Source of the DNA: a bacterium
GTDB lineage: Bacteria; Patescibacteriota; CPR2; UBA1875; JAJYID01
Direction: 5' to 3'
Assembly: GCA_021787535.1 (NCBI GenBank)
Contig: JAJYLR010000001.1
Span: forward strand, 211,648-275,647
Length of the DNA: 64,000 nucleotides
Shown: piece after piece, positions 24,872-34,167 of the stretch
How the letters are laid out: each line of letters begins with the position of its first letter
Numbering within the stretch: position 1 is the stretch's first letter
The notes under the pieces: model-generated
What the model was told of the DNA's origin: nothing
The model's database searches: none
Seen by the model: only the letters and a program-made list of their open reading frames with translations
Translations under genes and position numbers: made by a program

Positions 24872-26548
24872 TTGCTTGGTAAAAAGCAAACAAAGTTTAT
24901 TTTTGTAACAGGCGGAGTCTTGTCAGGAATCGGCAAGGGAATATTTGCGGCCTCGGTTGGCAACATTTTAAAGAACCGAGGTTTTTCTGTGAATATTCAA
25001 AAACTTGATCCCTATTTGAACATTGATGCCGGAACTTTAAACCCCGGCGAACACGGAGAGGTATATGTCACCGATGATGGAGCGGAAACTGACCTTGATC
25101 TCGGGCATTATGAAAGATTTATTAATACAAACCTTACCAAAAAAAGCTCGATTATGAGCGGGCAGATTTATCAGGCGGTTTTTGAAGATGAAAGGAAAGG
25201 GAAATACCTTGGTAAAACAGTACAGGTAATTCCTCATCTGACCCAGAAAATCCAAGAGATAGTTCTCGATGCCGCAAAAGGATTTGATATTCATATAGCC
25301 GAAATCGGCGGTACGATCGGCGATCTTGAAGCAGTGCACTTTATAGAAGCTATTCGCCAGTTCAAAAGAAGAGTCGGAGCAGAAAATGTGATGTATGCCC
25401 ACTTGGTTTATTTGCCCTATCTGGAAGCATCAAAAGAGATTAAAACCAAACCGGCTCAAGGTAGCGTCCGAGATTTACTCGGACTTGGCATTCATCCGGA
25501 TATTATCGGAGCCAGGCATGACAAGCCGATTGAAAAAAATCATCTTAGAAAAATTGCTCTGTCGGCTGACGTTGATCAGGAAGCCGTAGTGCCGCTGCCA
25601 TTTGTGAAAAAAGTTTATGATGTTCCGGCTAATCTGGAAAAAGTGGGTCTTGCCGATTATATCTGCAAGAAACTAGAGTTAAAAAGCGCAAAACCTAGAA
25701 AGAACGGTTGGGAGAAGTTTATGGAAAACGCCGCCGACGCAAAAGGTGTAATAAAAATTGGTCTTGTGGCGAAATATCTGGCTAATGAGGATACCTATAA
25801 AAGTGTCAATGAAGCTCTGAAAAGCGCTTTCTGGGCTCAAAAGAAAAATGTGAAAATTGTTTGGATAGACAGCGAAGAGTTAGAAAAGAAAGGGGCGCAA
25901 CTTCTGAAAAGTTTGGAAGGAATAGTGATCCCGGGCGGTTTCGGCAATCGGGGTACCGAAGGCAAAATTATGGCCGCGAAATATGCCCGCGAAAACAATA
26001 TTCCATATCTAGGGCTATGCCTTGGGATGCAGATTGCGGTAATAGAGTTTGCGCGCAATGTTTTGGCCTGGCCAAGCGCAACGAGCGGTGAGTTTGATCC
26101 TAAAAGTAAAAAGCAAGTTATTCATATAATGCCTGAGCAAAGGAAAAATATGGATGAGGAAAACTACGGGGCAACGATGCGGCTTGGCGCATATCCATGC
26201 GTTCTAGACAAAGCATCCAAGTCTTATAAACTTTACGGGAAAGATAAAATTTCCGAAAGACATAGGCACAGGTATGAGTTTAACAATGATCATCGGGAAG
26301 AATTTGCCGGTGCAGGCATGCTTCTCGCCGGACTTTCACCGGATCACCATCTAGTGGAAATAGTGGAAATACCATCTCATAAATTCTTTGTTGCCTCACA
26401 GTTCCATCCGGAGTTTAAATCCCGCCCTGATATTCCACACCCGTTATTTCTTGGCTTTGCTGAGGCCTGTCTTGGCAAAGATACAAAAAGTAGAAAAATA
26501 GATCTCACGAAAATTGTTACTAAAGGCAAAGAAAAAGTCAGGGTCTAA
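24872..26548 (+). CDS. pyrG: CTP synthase
   Basis: KFIFVTGGVLSGIGKGI N-terminus, glutamine amidotransferase GLCLGMQ, 558 aa, TTG start. Confidence 0.9.
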   Translation: MLGKKQTKFIFVTGGVLSGIGKGIFAASVGNILKNRGFSVNIQKLDPYLNIDAGTLNPGEHGEVYVTDDGAETDLDLGHYERFINTNLTKKSSIMSGQIYQAVFEDERKGKYLGKTVQVIPHLTQKIQEIVLDAAKGFDIHIAEIGGTIGDLEAVHFIEAIRQFKRRVGAENVMYAHLVYLPYLEASKEIKTKPAQGSVRDLLGLGIHPDIIGARHDKPIEKNHLRKIALSADVDQEAVVPLPFVKKVYDVPANLEKVGLADYICKKLELKSAKPRKNGWEKFMENAADAKGVIKIGLVAKYLANEDTYKSVNEALKSAFWAQKKNVKIVWIDSEELEKKGAQLLKSLEGIVIPGGFGNRGTEGKIMAAKYARENNIPYLGLCLGMQIAVIEFARNVLAWPSATSGEFDPKSKKQVIHIMPEQRKNMDEENYGATMRLGAYPCVLDKASKSYKLYGKDKISERHRHRYEFNNDHREEFAGAGMLLAGLSPDHHLVEIVEIPSHKFFVASQFHPEFKSRPDIPHPLFLGFAEACLGKDTKSRKIDLTKIVTKGKEKVRV

Positions 26549-26581
26549 GACTAACTCAAATAATTCTGCTATAATGAGCCA

Positions 26582-27061
26582 ATGCGAGATGACACTTGGC
26601 TTTTTCAAAAGTTAGACGAGATATGGGACGGGCATTTTTCGGATATCCCCCAGCATAATGATGTCATCATTAAGTTTGGTCGAAAAGCCAGGCAAAGACT
26701 TGGCTCGATTAAGCAAGAAACGAAAAGCATTCGAGATTTGGCCAACAAAAACCGCAAAACAATCATCACCATTAACGGCCTTTTTAAAGACCCGAACGTT
26801 CCGGAATACGTGATTACAGCCACGATTGCTCATGAAATGTGCCATTATGCTCATGGGTTTAGTTCACCGCTTGACCAGAGATTTGAAAATCCGCATCAGG
26901 GAGGAATTGTAACAAAAGAAATGAAAGTTCGAGGGTTTGCCAAGGCATTACAATTGCAGAAAAAATGGCTGAAAGAAGTCTGGCCGAGGTATTTGGAAGA
27001 AAACATGCCGGCGAGGCAGACCCGACAGAGGAGGAAGAGAATAGTGATTAGGTGGATCTAA
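26582..27061 (+). CDS. HExxH zinc metallohydrolase-like protein (SprT / DUF45-like)
   Basis: TIAHEMCHYAHGF motif. 159 aa with a basic C-terminus. Confidence 0.45.
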   Translation: MRDDTWLFQKLDEIWDGHFSDIPQHNDVIIKFGRKARQRLGSIKQETKSIRDLANKNRKTIITINGLFKDPNVPEYVITATIAHEMCHYAHGFSSPLDQRFENPHQGGIVTKEMKVRGFAKALQLQKKWLKEVWPRYLEENMPARQTRQRRKRIVIRWI

Positions 27062-27067
27062 AGTTTC

Positions 27068-27124
27068 TGTCATCCTGAACGTAGTGAAGGATCTAGAGAT
27101 TCTTCGTTTCACTCAGAATGACGG
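27068..27124. repeat. Inverted pair of hairpin repeats (TGTCATCCTGAAC...GGATC and GATTC...CAGAATGACG)
   Basis: Same architecture as the 3842/3882 and 50745/50788 pairs. Intergenic, just upstream of the MBL-fold gene. Confidence 0.55.
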
Positions 27125-27135
27125 GTTGTTGAGAA

Positions 27136-27735
27136 ATGAACAATATAAAAATCAAAAGAATTATTAACGGAGCTGAAGAAGCGAACTGCTACCTGGTTGT
27201 CGCAGGTAATGAGCTTGTTGTTATTGACCCCGGCGATGAATCTGAGGAAATTATCCAAAAAATTGATGAGTTGGGTAAAATGAACTATAAATATATTCTT
27301 TTAACCCATGGGCACTTTGACCATGTGATGGCGGTCAATGATCTCAAAAAGAAATTTGGTTTTCAAGTGGTTATCGGCAAATACGATAAAGATATCAAAG
27401 GATTAAATGCCAAGTTTAACGTAGACGTACCGCAAACTGAGGTAGATATCACGGTTAGTGAAGGTGATGCATTGGACTTTGGAAATGAAAAAATAAAAGT
27501 TTTATCAACTCCCGGTCATACTAAGGGCAGTGTCTGTTACCTGATAGGCGATAATCTCTTTTCCGGCGACACCCTTTTCCCGCATCGGCACGGCCGGACA
27601 GACTTCGCGACCGGCAATCCGGAAGAGATGGATAAAAGCCTCAAAAGATTATTTGATTTACCTGGAAAAACAAAGGTATTCCCGGGGCATTATGAGGAAA
27701 CGACCTTAGGCGAGGCAAGAAAATATTTTAATTGA
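27136..27735 (+). CDS. MBL-fold metallo-hydrolase
   Basis: LLTHGHFDHV (HxHxDH) motif. 199 aa. Confidence 0.8.
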   Translation: MNNIKIKRIINGAEEANCYLVVAGNELVVIDPGDESEEIIQKIDELGKMNYKYILLTHGHFDHVMAVNDLKKKFGFQVVIGKYDKDIKGLNAKFNVDVPQTEVDITVSEGDALDFGNEKIKVLSTPGHTKGSVCYLIGDNLFSGDTLFPHRHGRTDFATGNPEEMDKSLKRLFDLPGKTKVFPGHYEETTLGEARKYFN

Positions 27736-27743
27736 GGTGATAT

Positions 27744-28010
27744 ATGCCGGTCAAGGGCAAAAAGATTAAAATTTTCAAAATATCAATTCACTGCAAGGTT
27801 TGTGACCAGCTTTTATATGTTTATCAGAAAGAAGGCCCGGGCTCGCTTGTGAAGTGTTACGTGGATAGAATTATAGAAGACCATACGAATGGGGACTTGA
27901 AATGCCCGTCTTGCGGACAGCCTTTTGCCCGAGAGACAATCATGCATTGTCGGCCGGTTCACAAAATTATTCAAGGCAAAGTTTACATAAAAGGACATGT
28001 GAAAAAGTGA
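27744..28010 (+). CDS. Hypothetical zinc-ribbon protein
   Basis: CKVCDQ...CPSCGQ. GAGGTGA RBS. Confidence 0.5.
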   Translation: MPVKGKKIKIFKISIHCKVCDQLLYVYQKEGPGSLVKCYVDRIIEDHTNGDLKCPSCGQPFARETIMHCRPVHKIIQGKVYIKGHVKK

Positions 28011-28046
28011 TGAAAAAATGTTGATTTTGAGGTATAATGAATTATT

Positions 28047-28673
28047 ATGAAGGTACTGATAATTTCACCACATCCGGATGACCTTGAGCTTTGGGCAGGA
28101 GGAACTGCCGCAAAACTGGTTAGCGAAGGATATCAAGTTCGGTCTATCATTCTTACCGATGGTCGTAAGAGCCCGCGTTCTTTTCAGTGTAGTGACGATG
28201 AAATGGCCAAAATTAGGAAAAAAGAAGGCACGCAAGCTCATCAGGTGTTAGGAATCAAAGATTTTGAATACTTTGGATTGCCAAATATCAAAAACGAAAA
28301 ACTTGTGGAAGATATCTTAAGAAAAGAGCTCGAAAAAGAATATGATGAGATCTATATGCCAGATCCGGGAGATGCGCATAGTACTCATGTTAAGGTTGCA
28401 GAAATGACCCTGGCATTGGCAAGAGTAATGAACATTAAAAGTGCTTTATGGTCATATGACGGGTGGAACTTTCTGCATAACCCGGATAAGTTTGTAGAAA
28501 TTGAAGATTTTCTGCCGGTTAAAGTTAAGGCGATAAAATGCCATAAATCACAAAATACAGATAAAAAATACTGGGAAGCGATGGAGAAATTTGCTAGGGT
28601 TCGGGCAATACTTATGGACCCCCATGAAATTACTGATGTAAAATATGCTGAGGCTTTTAAGAAACTCAATTAA
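28047..28673 (+). CDS. PIG-L / LmbE family N-acetylglucosaminyl deacetylase
   Basis: VLIISPHPDDLELWAGGT N-terminal motif, characteristic of LmbE/PIG-L. Confidence 0.8.
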   Translation: MKVLIISPHPDDLELWAGGTAAKLVSEGYQVRSIILTDGRKSPRSFQCSDDEMAKIRKKEGTQAHQVLGIKDFEYFGLPNIKNEKLVEDILRKELEKEYDEIYMPDPGDAHSTHVKVAEMTLALARVMNIKSALWSYDGWNFLHNPDKFVEIEDFLPVKVKAIKCHKSQNTDKKYWEAMEKFARVRAILMDPHEITDVKYAEAFKKLN

Positions 28674-28677
28674 TTAT

Positions 28678-28754
28678 CGGGGTGTGGCGCAGTTGGCTAG
28701 CGCGCAGCGTTCGGGACGCTGAGGTCGGAAGTTCGAGTCTTCTCACCCCGACCA
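28678..28754 (+). tRNA. tRNA-Pro (anticodon CGG)
   Basis: Cloverleaf: acceptor cggggtg/caccccg, D arm gcgc-agttggcta-gcgc, anticodon stem cagcg/cgctg with loop ttCGGga, T arm ggaag-ttcgagt-cttct. Discriminator A and encoded CCA. Confidence 0.85.
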
Positions 28755-28766
28755 AACTAAACTTTT

Positions 28767-29540
28767 TCAGTCCCACATCTTGTAGTACGGGTGGAAAATC
28801 CTCCAGCCGTTTTGTTTTGCTAGTTCTTCTTGTATATATTTTGTTTCAATTTCCTTGGGATGGGCATTTAAAGGTTTAGGGACATTCTGAAACCAAAGTA
28901 CCCCGAAGTCTTTCTTAAAAAATTTTAGTCCGAAAATCTTAGCATAAGTTGGATCTTTATATTCTAGCATCCCGATTTCTCTATTCTGGACAGTAAGAAA
29001 TTTCTCTAAGAAAATTTTTGGTAGAACTTCTAGTATATATAAACAGCACATCAATTGTTCGCCGTAATTATATTGATCTTTAATATATTTTTTGAAATTC
29101 AAATAATTTTTTCTGTGATTATACTCTGGGCTGGTCCAAGACCATCTAGACTCAATCTCTTCATTCAGCCGTCTTAAACCCGAAAAATAAATTTGATCCT
29201 TCCCTAGGCCTTGAAAAAGTTTTAGCAGACTATCTAGAACAAGCATATCCCATTGAATAACCACAATAGAGTCCCACTCCAGAGACATTCCTCTCTTGTT
29301 AAACCATTCCAGTATTGAAAGGTCACCATGGATCCATTTTCGCTTCTCGTCCTTACTTTTTGTAGTAAAAAAATCATCTAAGTACTTACCTAGTTTCTCT
29401 CGATAAAAAACCTCTTCTTGGTATTTACCGCCATAAAGGCCGAAAATTTTGAGATTGGGGTTATGTTTTTTCAATAGCTGGAGTCGGTTTTCACAAATCT
29501 CCGGTTCTTTGTAGAACCAAAATAAAATTGCTAATTTCAT
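28767..29540 (-). CDS. Hypothetical protein, visibly AT-richer than its neighbours
   Basis: ATG at 29540 (MKLAILFWFYKEPE...). The ORF-track TTG start at 29573 is less likely. Converges on tRNA-Pro. Confidence 0.5.
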   Translation of the reverse strand: MKLAILFWFYKEPEICENRLQLLKKHNPNLKIFGLYGGKYQEEVFYREKLGKYLDDFFTTKSKDEKRKWIHGDLSILEWFNKRGMSLEWDSIVVIQWDMLVLDSLLKLFQGLGKDQIYFSGLRRLNEEIESRWSWTSPEYNHRKNYLNFKKYIKDQYNYGEQLMCCLYILEVLPKIFLEKFLTVQNREIGMLEYKDPTYAKIFGLKFFKKDFGVLWFQNVPKPLNAHPKEIETKYIQEELAKQNGWRIFHPYYKMWD

Positions 29541-29624
29541 GCTTGGAATGTTAACACAAAAAAGTGCTTTCAAAAACTGGTTTGTCTACTTGTTTACATT
29601 TTTTAATTACTTTATTATTAGGCC

Positions 29625-30662
29625 ATGGATCAGAATGTTGTTTTAATTTTGGCAGGGCTTATTATCGCCGGCTTTGTGGCGGTAGTTATTTTCATTAACA
29701 AGAAATTGGAAGCGATGAAGGGCAAAGAAGACAACTCGTCGCTCTTAATGCTCAACCAAAATCTGCAGGGCATGCAGGAGCGGCTGGACAAAACGACCGA
29801 AGCTATCCAAGATCAGTTTAAGTCCAGCGCCGGCATCATCCGTGATGTAACCGAAAAGCTGACCAAGCTTGAGGATACAAACAAGCAAATTGTCGGCATC
29901 ACCGATCAGCTTCAAGGGCTCGAAAATGTTCTGAAAAATCCCAAGCAGCGCGGCATCCTTGGCGAGTATTATCTGGAAACATTGCTCAAAAATTTGTTCC
30001 AACCGAACCAGTATCAGATGCAGTATTCCTTTAAAGACGGCGACATCGTAGATGCGGTTATAAAAATCAAGGACAAAATTATCCCGATCGATTCGAAATT
30101 TTCACTTGAAAACTACAACAAGATATTGAAAGAAAAGGACGAAACCAAAAGGGCTCAACTTGAAAAGCTATTTAAGCAAGATCTCAAAAACAGGATTGAT
30201 GAGACCTCAAAATATATCAAACCAAAGGAAGGGACTTTTGACTTTGCCTTTATGTTCATCCCGTCCGAAGGCATTTACTACGACCTTTTGGTTAATCAGG
30301 TAGGGGCGCTTAAAGTTAATACTCGTGACTTAATTGAATACGCATTCAAAGAGAAAAAGGTCATTATCGTTTCACCAACTTCATTTGCCGCTTACCTGCA
30401 AACTGTCCTTCAAGGACTTCGGGCGCTTACTATTGAGGAGTCAATCAAAGACATTGTGGCAAATATCCATAAACTCGGCAATCACCTGAGCTCTTATGAA
30501 ACCTACATGCAGAAAATGGGTTCAAATCTGGGGACGACCGTTGGGATGTACAACAAAGCTTACAAAGAGTTTGGCAAAATTGATAAGGATGTGACTAAAA
30601 TCACCGGCAAATCCATAGATGCGGAAGTGCTGGAGCTGGACAAGCCTCGAGAGAATGATTAA
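29625..30662 (+). CDS. rmuC: DNA recombination protein RmuC
   Basis: N-terminal TM plus coiled coil. DSKFSLENY and FAFMFIPSEGIYYDL match conserved RmuC regions. Confidence 0.8.
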   Translation: MDQNVVLILAGLIIAGFVAVVIFINKKLEAMKGKEDNSSLLMLNQNLQGMQERLDKTTEAIQDQFKSSAGIIRDVTEKLTKLEDTNKQIVGITDQLQGLENVLKNPKQRGILGEYYLETLLKNLFQPNQYQMQYSFKDGDIVDAVIKIKDKIIPIDSKFSLENYNKILKEKDETKRAQLEKLFKQDLKNRIDETSKYIKPKEGTFDFAFMFIPSEGIYYDLLVNQVGALKVNTRDLIEYAFKEKKVIIVSPTSFAAYLQTVLQGLRALTIEESIKDIVANIHKLGNHLSSYETYMQKMGSNLGTTVGMYNKAYKEFGKIDKDVTKITGKSIDAEVLELDKPREND

Positions 30663-30696
30663 TTAATAATAAAATTATAAAAATAAGGAGGAAGAA

Positions 30697-30834
30697 ATGC
30701 CACAATGCAGCGAGTGCTCTCATTATGAAGAGATTGACGAAACCAAGGGAGATTGCTTTGGCCACGAGGTAGCTGCCGACCGCGACAGTGAAGAGTGCCC
30801 AACTCAAGCCTTCGAACCGAGAGAAAACGAATAG
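30697..30834 (+). CDS. Small Cys-containing acidic protein (45 aa)
   Basis: AAGGAGGAAGAA RBS at 30684. MPQCSECSHYEEIDETKGDCFGHEV...EECP. Below the ORF-track size cutoff. Confidence 0.4.
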   Translation: MPQCSECSHYEEIDETKGDCFGHEVAADRDSEECPTQAFEPRENE

Positions 30835-30892
30835 CTGCTTAAGCAACCGAGCCATAAGGTGAAGTTGAATTTGAGGCCGTGCTTAATTATTG

Positions 30893-30920
30893 ATTCTGGC
30901 CAAGCCAGAATGACGAGGAT
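30893..30920. repeat. Hairpin repeat (GATTCTGG-ccaag-CCAGAATGACG)
   Basis: Matches 23271 and 61144. A second palindrome ttcggatatccga follows at about 30930-30945. Confidence 0.55.
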
Positions 30921-31179
30921 TAAGTCTGGTTTCGGATATCCGATTTCCGACTCCGAACTATTTGACAAATCCTTATCTTGTGCTAAAATATTGGCATAAA
31001 CACTTTGAAAGTTTTAGCAGAGTAGGTATTGGATCATAAGCAACCCCCTTGCTTGTGATCCTGTATTTACCCTGCTTTTTAAATTGCACAATCAATTGCT
31101 GTATGTTATGATTCTTTTGGAAATGTTAAGGAGGGGCACATGTTTGTGGTCCTTTTCAATTTTGCACCGGGAGGTAAGC

Positions 31180-31581
31180 ATGGACTTCATGGCAATAATA
31201 ACACTTAGGGTTCGTGACGCGGCAAAGGTTCTGCCAGATAATATATTGGATGAACTCGAATCTGCTGCGGACTATGCGCCCATATATTACGAGGGAACAA
31301 AAATTATCAAAGTCACTTATTCCGGAAGTTCAGGAGGTGATTTTGGGTATACGGTGTATCAGGTGGTCATAGAAGATAATAACGCCGATCTGCCTTCCTG
31401 GCTTGAGGGCATTGACTATACGGTGAACCTCAAGAGCGTAAGTGTTGGTTCCAATCTGGGCCTGAGTTTGTCTATGGATAGTCAGAATAATGAGATTTCA
31501 TTCGCGGCATGGGGTTCAGATCTGAAGATGACTCAAGTTGCTTTCCGGTTCTTTGAATCATTGGTAGCCAGTCAAACCTAA
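31180..31581 (+). CDS. Hypothetical protein
   Basis: ATG at 31180 after a GGGAGGT RBS. The ORF-track start 31084 lacks an RBS. Confidence 0.5.
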   Translation: MDFMAIITLRVRDAAKVLPDNILDELESAADYAPIYYEGTKIIKVTYSGSSGGDFGYTVYQVVIEDNNADLPSWLEGIDYTVNLKSVSVGSNLGLSLSMDSQNNEISFAAWGSDLKMTQVAFRFFESLVASQT

Positions 31582-31612
31582 CTCGCCAAGAGAAACCTGT
31601 TCCGCACATGCG

Positions 31613-31645
31613 AAACCCGGGTTTCCGGGGCGGGTTTTCTCTTTG
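31613..31645 (+). terminator. Probable rho-independent terminator
   Basis: aaacccgggtttccggggcgggtttt. Confidence 0.5.
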
Positions 31646-31670
31646 TTAGAAATTCAAATTATAGATTCCC

Positions 31671-31703
31671 GTCTTCGCGGGAATGACAAAAGGTAATTAT
31701 CAA
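31671..31703. repeat. Hairpin repeat (ATAGATTCC-cgtcttcgcgg-GAATGACAAA)
   Basis: Intergenic copy of the family. Confidence 0.65.
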
Positions 31704-31733
31704 GGGACGGACCCTTGGTAAAGGCCGTATCCT

Positions 31734-32273
31734 TTAGTAGATATATTCGCGCGCTCTTAATATCAATACGCAACTTGCCGCATGAGTTATTTCAGAATTT
31801 TCCATCATTTGGAGAACCTTTTTAAATGGCATTTTTATAATCCTTATTGACTCACTATCATCGGGATTTGACCCGGTTCTCTCCAAATTTCTTGCGAGAA
31901 ACAAGTAATTTTTAGAGTTTATAGCCGATGTGAAGGGGTCTATAAATCCCAAATCTACCCATTTGTCTGCTTGAATCCCAATCTCTTCCTTTAACTCGCG
32001 CCTCGCAGCTTCAAGAGGGGTTTCGTTTTCTTCTATCCCGCCGCTTACAACCTCGACGGAGAATCTTTCGATGGCGTGTTTGTATTCTTCGATTAGATAG
32101 ACTTCATTGTCATCGTCTATTGCCAGAACTGAGGAGCCTGGTTTCATTTCGACTTTCGTAAAATCTTTTTCAAGCCCGCTCTCAAAAACTATTTTGTCAC
32201 TTTGAAGAGATAGTAGGGAATTTTTATAAATTATCTCGTTAGCTTTTATTTTATAAGGCGGTTTTTTAGTCAT
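31734..32273 (-). CDS. NUDIX hydrolase (ADP-ribose pyrophosphatase-like)
   Basis: Nudix box GGIEENETPLEAARRELKEEIGI. ATG at 32273. Confidence 0.75.
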   Translation of the reverse strand: MTKKPPYKIKANEIIYKNSLLSLQSDKIVFESGLEKDFTKVEMKPGSSVLAIDDDNEVYLIEEYKHAIERFSVEVVSGGIEENETPLEAARRELKEEIGIQADKWVDLGFIDPFTSAINSKNYLFLARNLERTGSNPDDSESIRIIKMPFKKVLQMMENSEITHAASCVLILRAREYIY

Positions 32274-32366
32274 GAACAAACTTTATCATAGATGTTGCAA
32301 ATTCTACATAATTTCTTATTGTCGTGCTTTGCAAAAATGCTTATAATTGAATGTAGAAATTATTAT

Positions 32367-32437
32367 ATAGATTCCCGCCTGCGCGGGAATGACAAAGGAT
32401 GGCGGGAATGACCCACGCACCGTTAGATGTGCGGGGC
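32367..32437. repeat. Composite repeat: ATAGATTCC-cgcctgcgcgg-GAATGACAAAGG followed by ggcgggaatgac + ccacgcaccg-ttagat-gtgcgggg
   Basis: Two family members fused. The second half is shared with 10805-10833. Confidence 0.6.
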
Positions 32438-32456
32438 AAGCAAGGAGTAGGATTTT

Positions 32457-32825
32457 ATGGCCTGGAAAAAATACATAAACGGGATGTTTTTTGGGGTACT
32501 TGGTCTTTCGCTTGCGCTTGTTCTGCTTGTTAACTTTGCCAGTCCGAGTATGGGTGCGATCACTTATGGCTCTTTCTTTATCCTCTTATTCTTGCTTTTG
32601 GTTTGTCTGGCGACCATACTGGGATTTTACGCTAGGCGGCGGCTGTCAAATAATGAAGTGCTCTATAAAAATCTGAAAAATGCATTTAGACAAGGTACGC
32701 TTATCGCATTATACTTAACTGTACTTTCGATCCTGAGGGCAGCCGAATTACTGAACTGGTGGGACGCAGCGCTCTTAATCGTTAGCGTCATATCATTCGA
32801 TATGTTTTTCAAGGAAAAAATGTAA
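32457..32825 (+). CDS. Small integral membrane protein
   Basis: AAGGAG RBS. Four predicted hydrophobic helices. Confidence 0.5.
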   Translation: MAWKKYINGMFFGVLGLSLALVLLVNFASPSMGAITYGSFFILLFLLLVCLATILGFYARRRLSNNEVLYKNLKNAFRQGTLIALYLTVLSILRAAELLNWWDAALLIVSVISFDMFFKEKM

Positions 32826-33850
32826 TGGAAATCGAAGTTATAAAAAAACAATTTAAAAAAGATCTTGAAAAAGCGGAATCAAAGAAAGATCTAGAAAACC
32901 TCAGGGTTGGTTATTTGGGCAGAAAAGGCAAGCTGACCGATGTACTAAAAAATATTTCCAAACTTCCGGTTGAGAAGAGAAAAGCAACCGGGCAAAGCGC
33001 CAATGCCTTAAAACTCGAGATTGAAAAGGTATTGAACCAAGAGATTAATGAACTTGCATCTAAGTCAAGAAAAAAACCGATTGATATTTCTGAACCGGGG
33101 GTGAAGTATCCGGATGGGCATATGCATCCTTTGACTCAATTCATCAGAAAGTCTATCGATATTTTTCAGTCGGTCGGCTTCCAAGTGGCTGAAGCGCCGG
33201 AGGTTGATATTGCCTATTATAATTTTGATTCTTTAAACGTGCCGAAAGACCATCCGGCTCGCGACTCTTTCGATACTTTTTATATTGAAGACGGCAGAGA
33301 TATTTCTGATGACAAAAAACTTCTTCTCAGGACTCATACCACTAATGCCGATGTGAGGTTTATGGAAAAAAGAAAACCGCCTGTCAGGATTATTATTCCG
33401 GGAAAATGTTACAGGCATGATACTATTGATGCCTCTCACGAAGCGACATTCTATCAGATGGACGGCTTATGCATCGGCGAAGGGATAAGGGTGACTGATC
33501 TTTTGGGTACGCTTAGGTATTTTGCAAAAAGCATTTTCGGGAGCGACGTGGATACGCGCGCCAGACCCCACTTTTATCCTTTTACTGAACCGAGTATTGA
33601 TCTTGATATTAGCTGCGTGCTTTGCAAGGGAAAGGGTTGTCCGGTTTGCAAACATTCAGGATGGCTGGAAGTGATGCCTTGCGGCATGATACATCCGAAA
33701 GTGCTCAAAAATATGGGTGTTGATCCGACAAAATATAGCGGTTACGCATTCGGATTTGGTATTGAAAGGTTAATGATGCTTTACTACGGCATCAATGATA
33801 TTCGACTTGGTTATACGAGTGATTTAAGATTTTTGGAGCAATTTTCATGA
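32825..33850 (+). CDS. pheS: Phenylalanine--tRNA ligase alpha subunit
   Basis: Class II motifs FTEPSIDLDI and GFGIERLMML. Confidence 0.9.
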   Translation: MEIEVIKKQFKKDLEKAESKKDLENLRVGYLGRKGKLTDVLKNISKLPVEKRKATGQSANALKLEIEKVLNQEINELASKSRKKPIDISEPGVKYPDGHMHPLTQFIRKSIDIFQSVGFQVAEAPEVDIAYYNFDSLNVPKDHPARDSFDTFYIEDGRDISDDKKLLLRTHTTNADVRFMEKRKPPVRIIIPGKCYRHDTIDASHEATFYQMDGLCIGEGIRVTDLLGTLRYFAKSIFGSDVDTRARPHFYPFTEPSIDLDISCVLCKGKGCPVCKHSGWLEVMPCGMIHPKVLKNMGVDPTKYSGYAFGFGIERLMMLYYGINDIRLGYTSDLRFLEQFS

Positions 33851-34167
33851 ATGAGATAGGTATGACAGATGAATACGATGAGGAGATGATAGAAAGTTTT
33901 CAAGAGGAAATGGCTGAAAAAATTCATTTAGGTGGAAGTGAGGACTTGAAATATATAGATGCCAAGCAACTTGGGAAAAATGAGATGCAAGCTTTCGGGT
34001 TATTGGAAAGACTAGACGATGGGCAGATTACCCTAGAAATGTTTCGGGACGAGATTAGTAGATATGAGGAAATTATTCAGATGAAAGAAGAGCGATTAGA
34101 AAGTCTTATACATTATTTTGCTTGGCTTAGAAATCAAGCCATGAAAAGTTTGGAGAAAAAACAATGA
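33847..34167 (+). CDS. Small acidic hypothetical protein inserted between pheS and pheT
   Basis: ATGA overlap with the pheS stop and ATGA overlap with the pheT start. AT-rich codon usage. MNEIGMTDEYDEEM... Confidence 0.5.
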   Translation: MNEIGMTDEYDEEMIESFQEEMAEKIHLGGSEDLKYIDAKQLGKNEMQAFGLLERLDDGQITLEMFRDEISRYEEIIQMKEERLESLIHYFAWLRNQAMKSLEKKQ

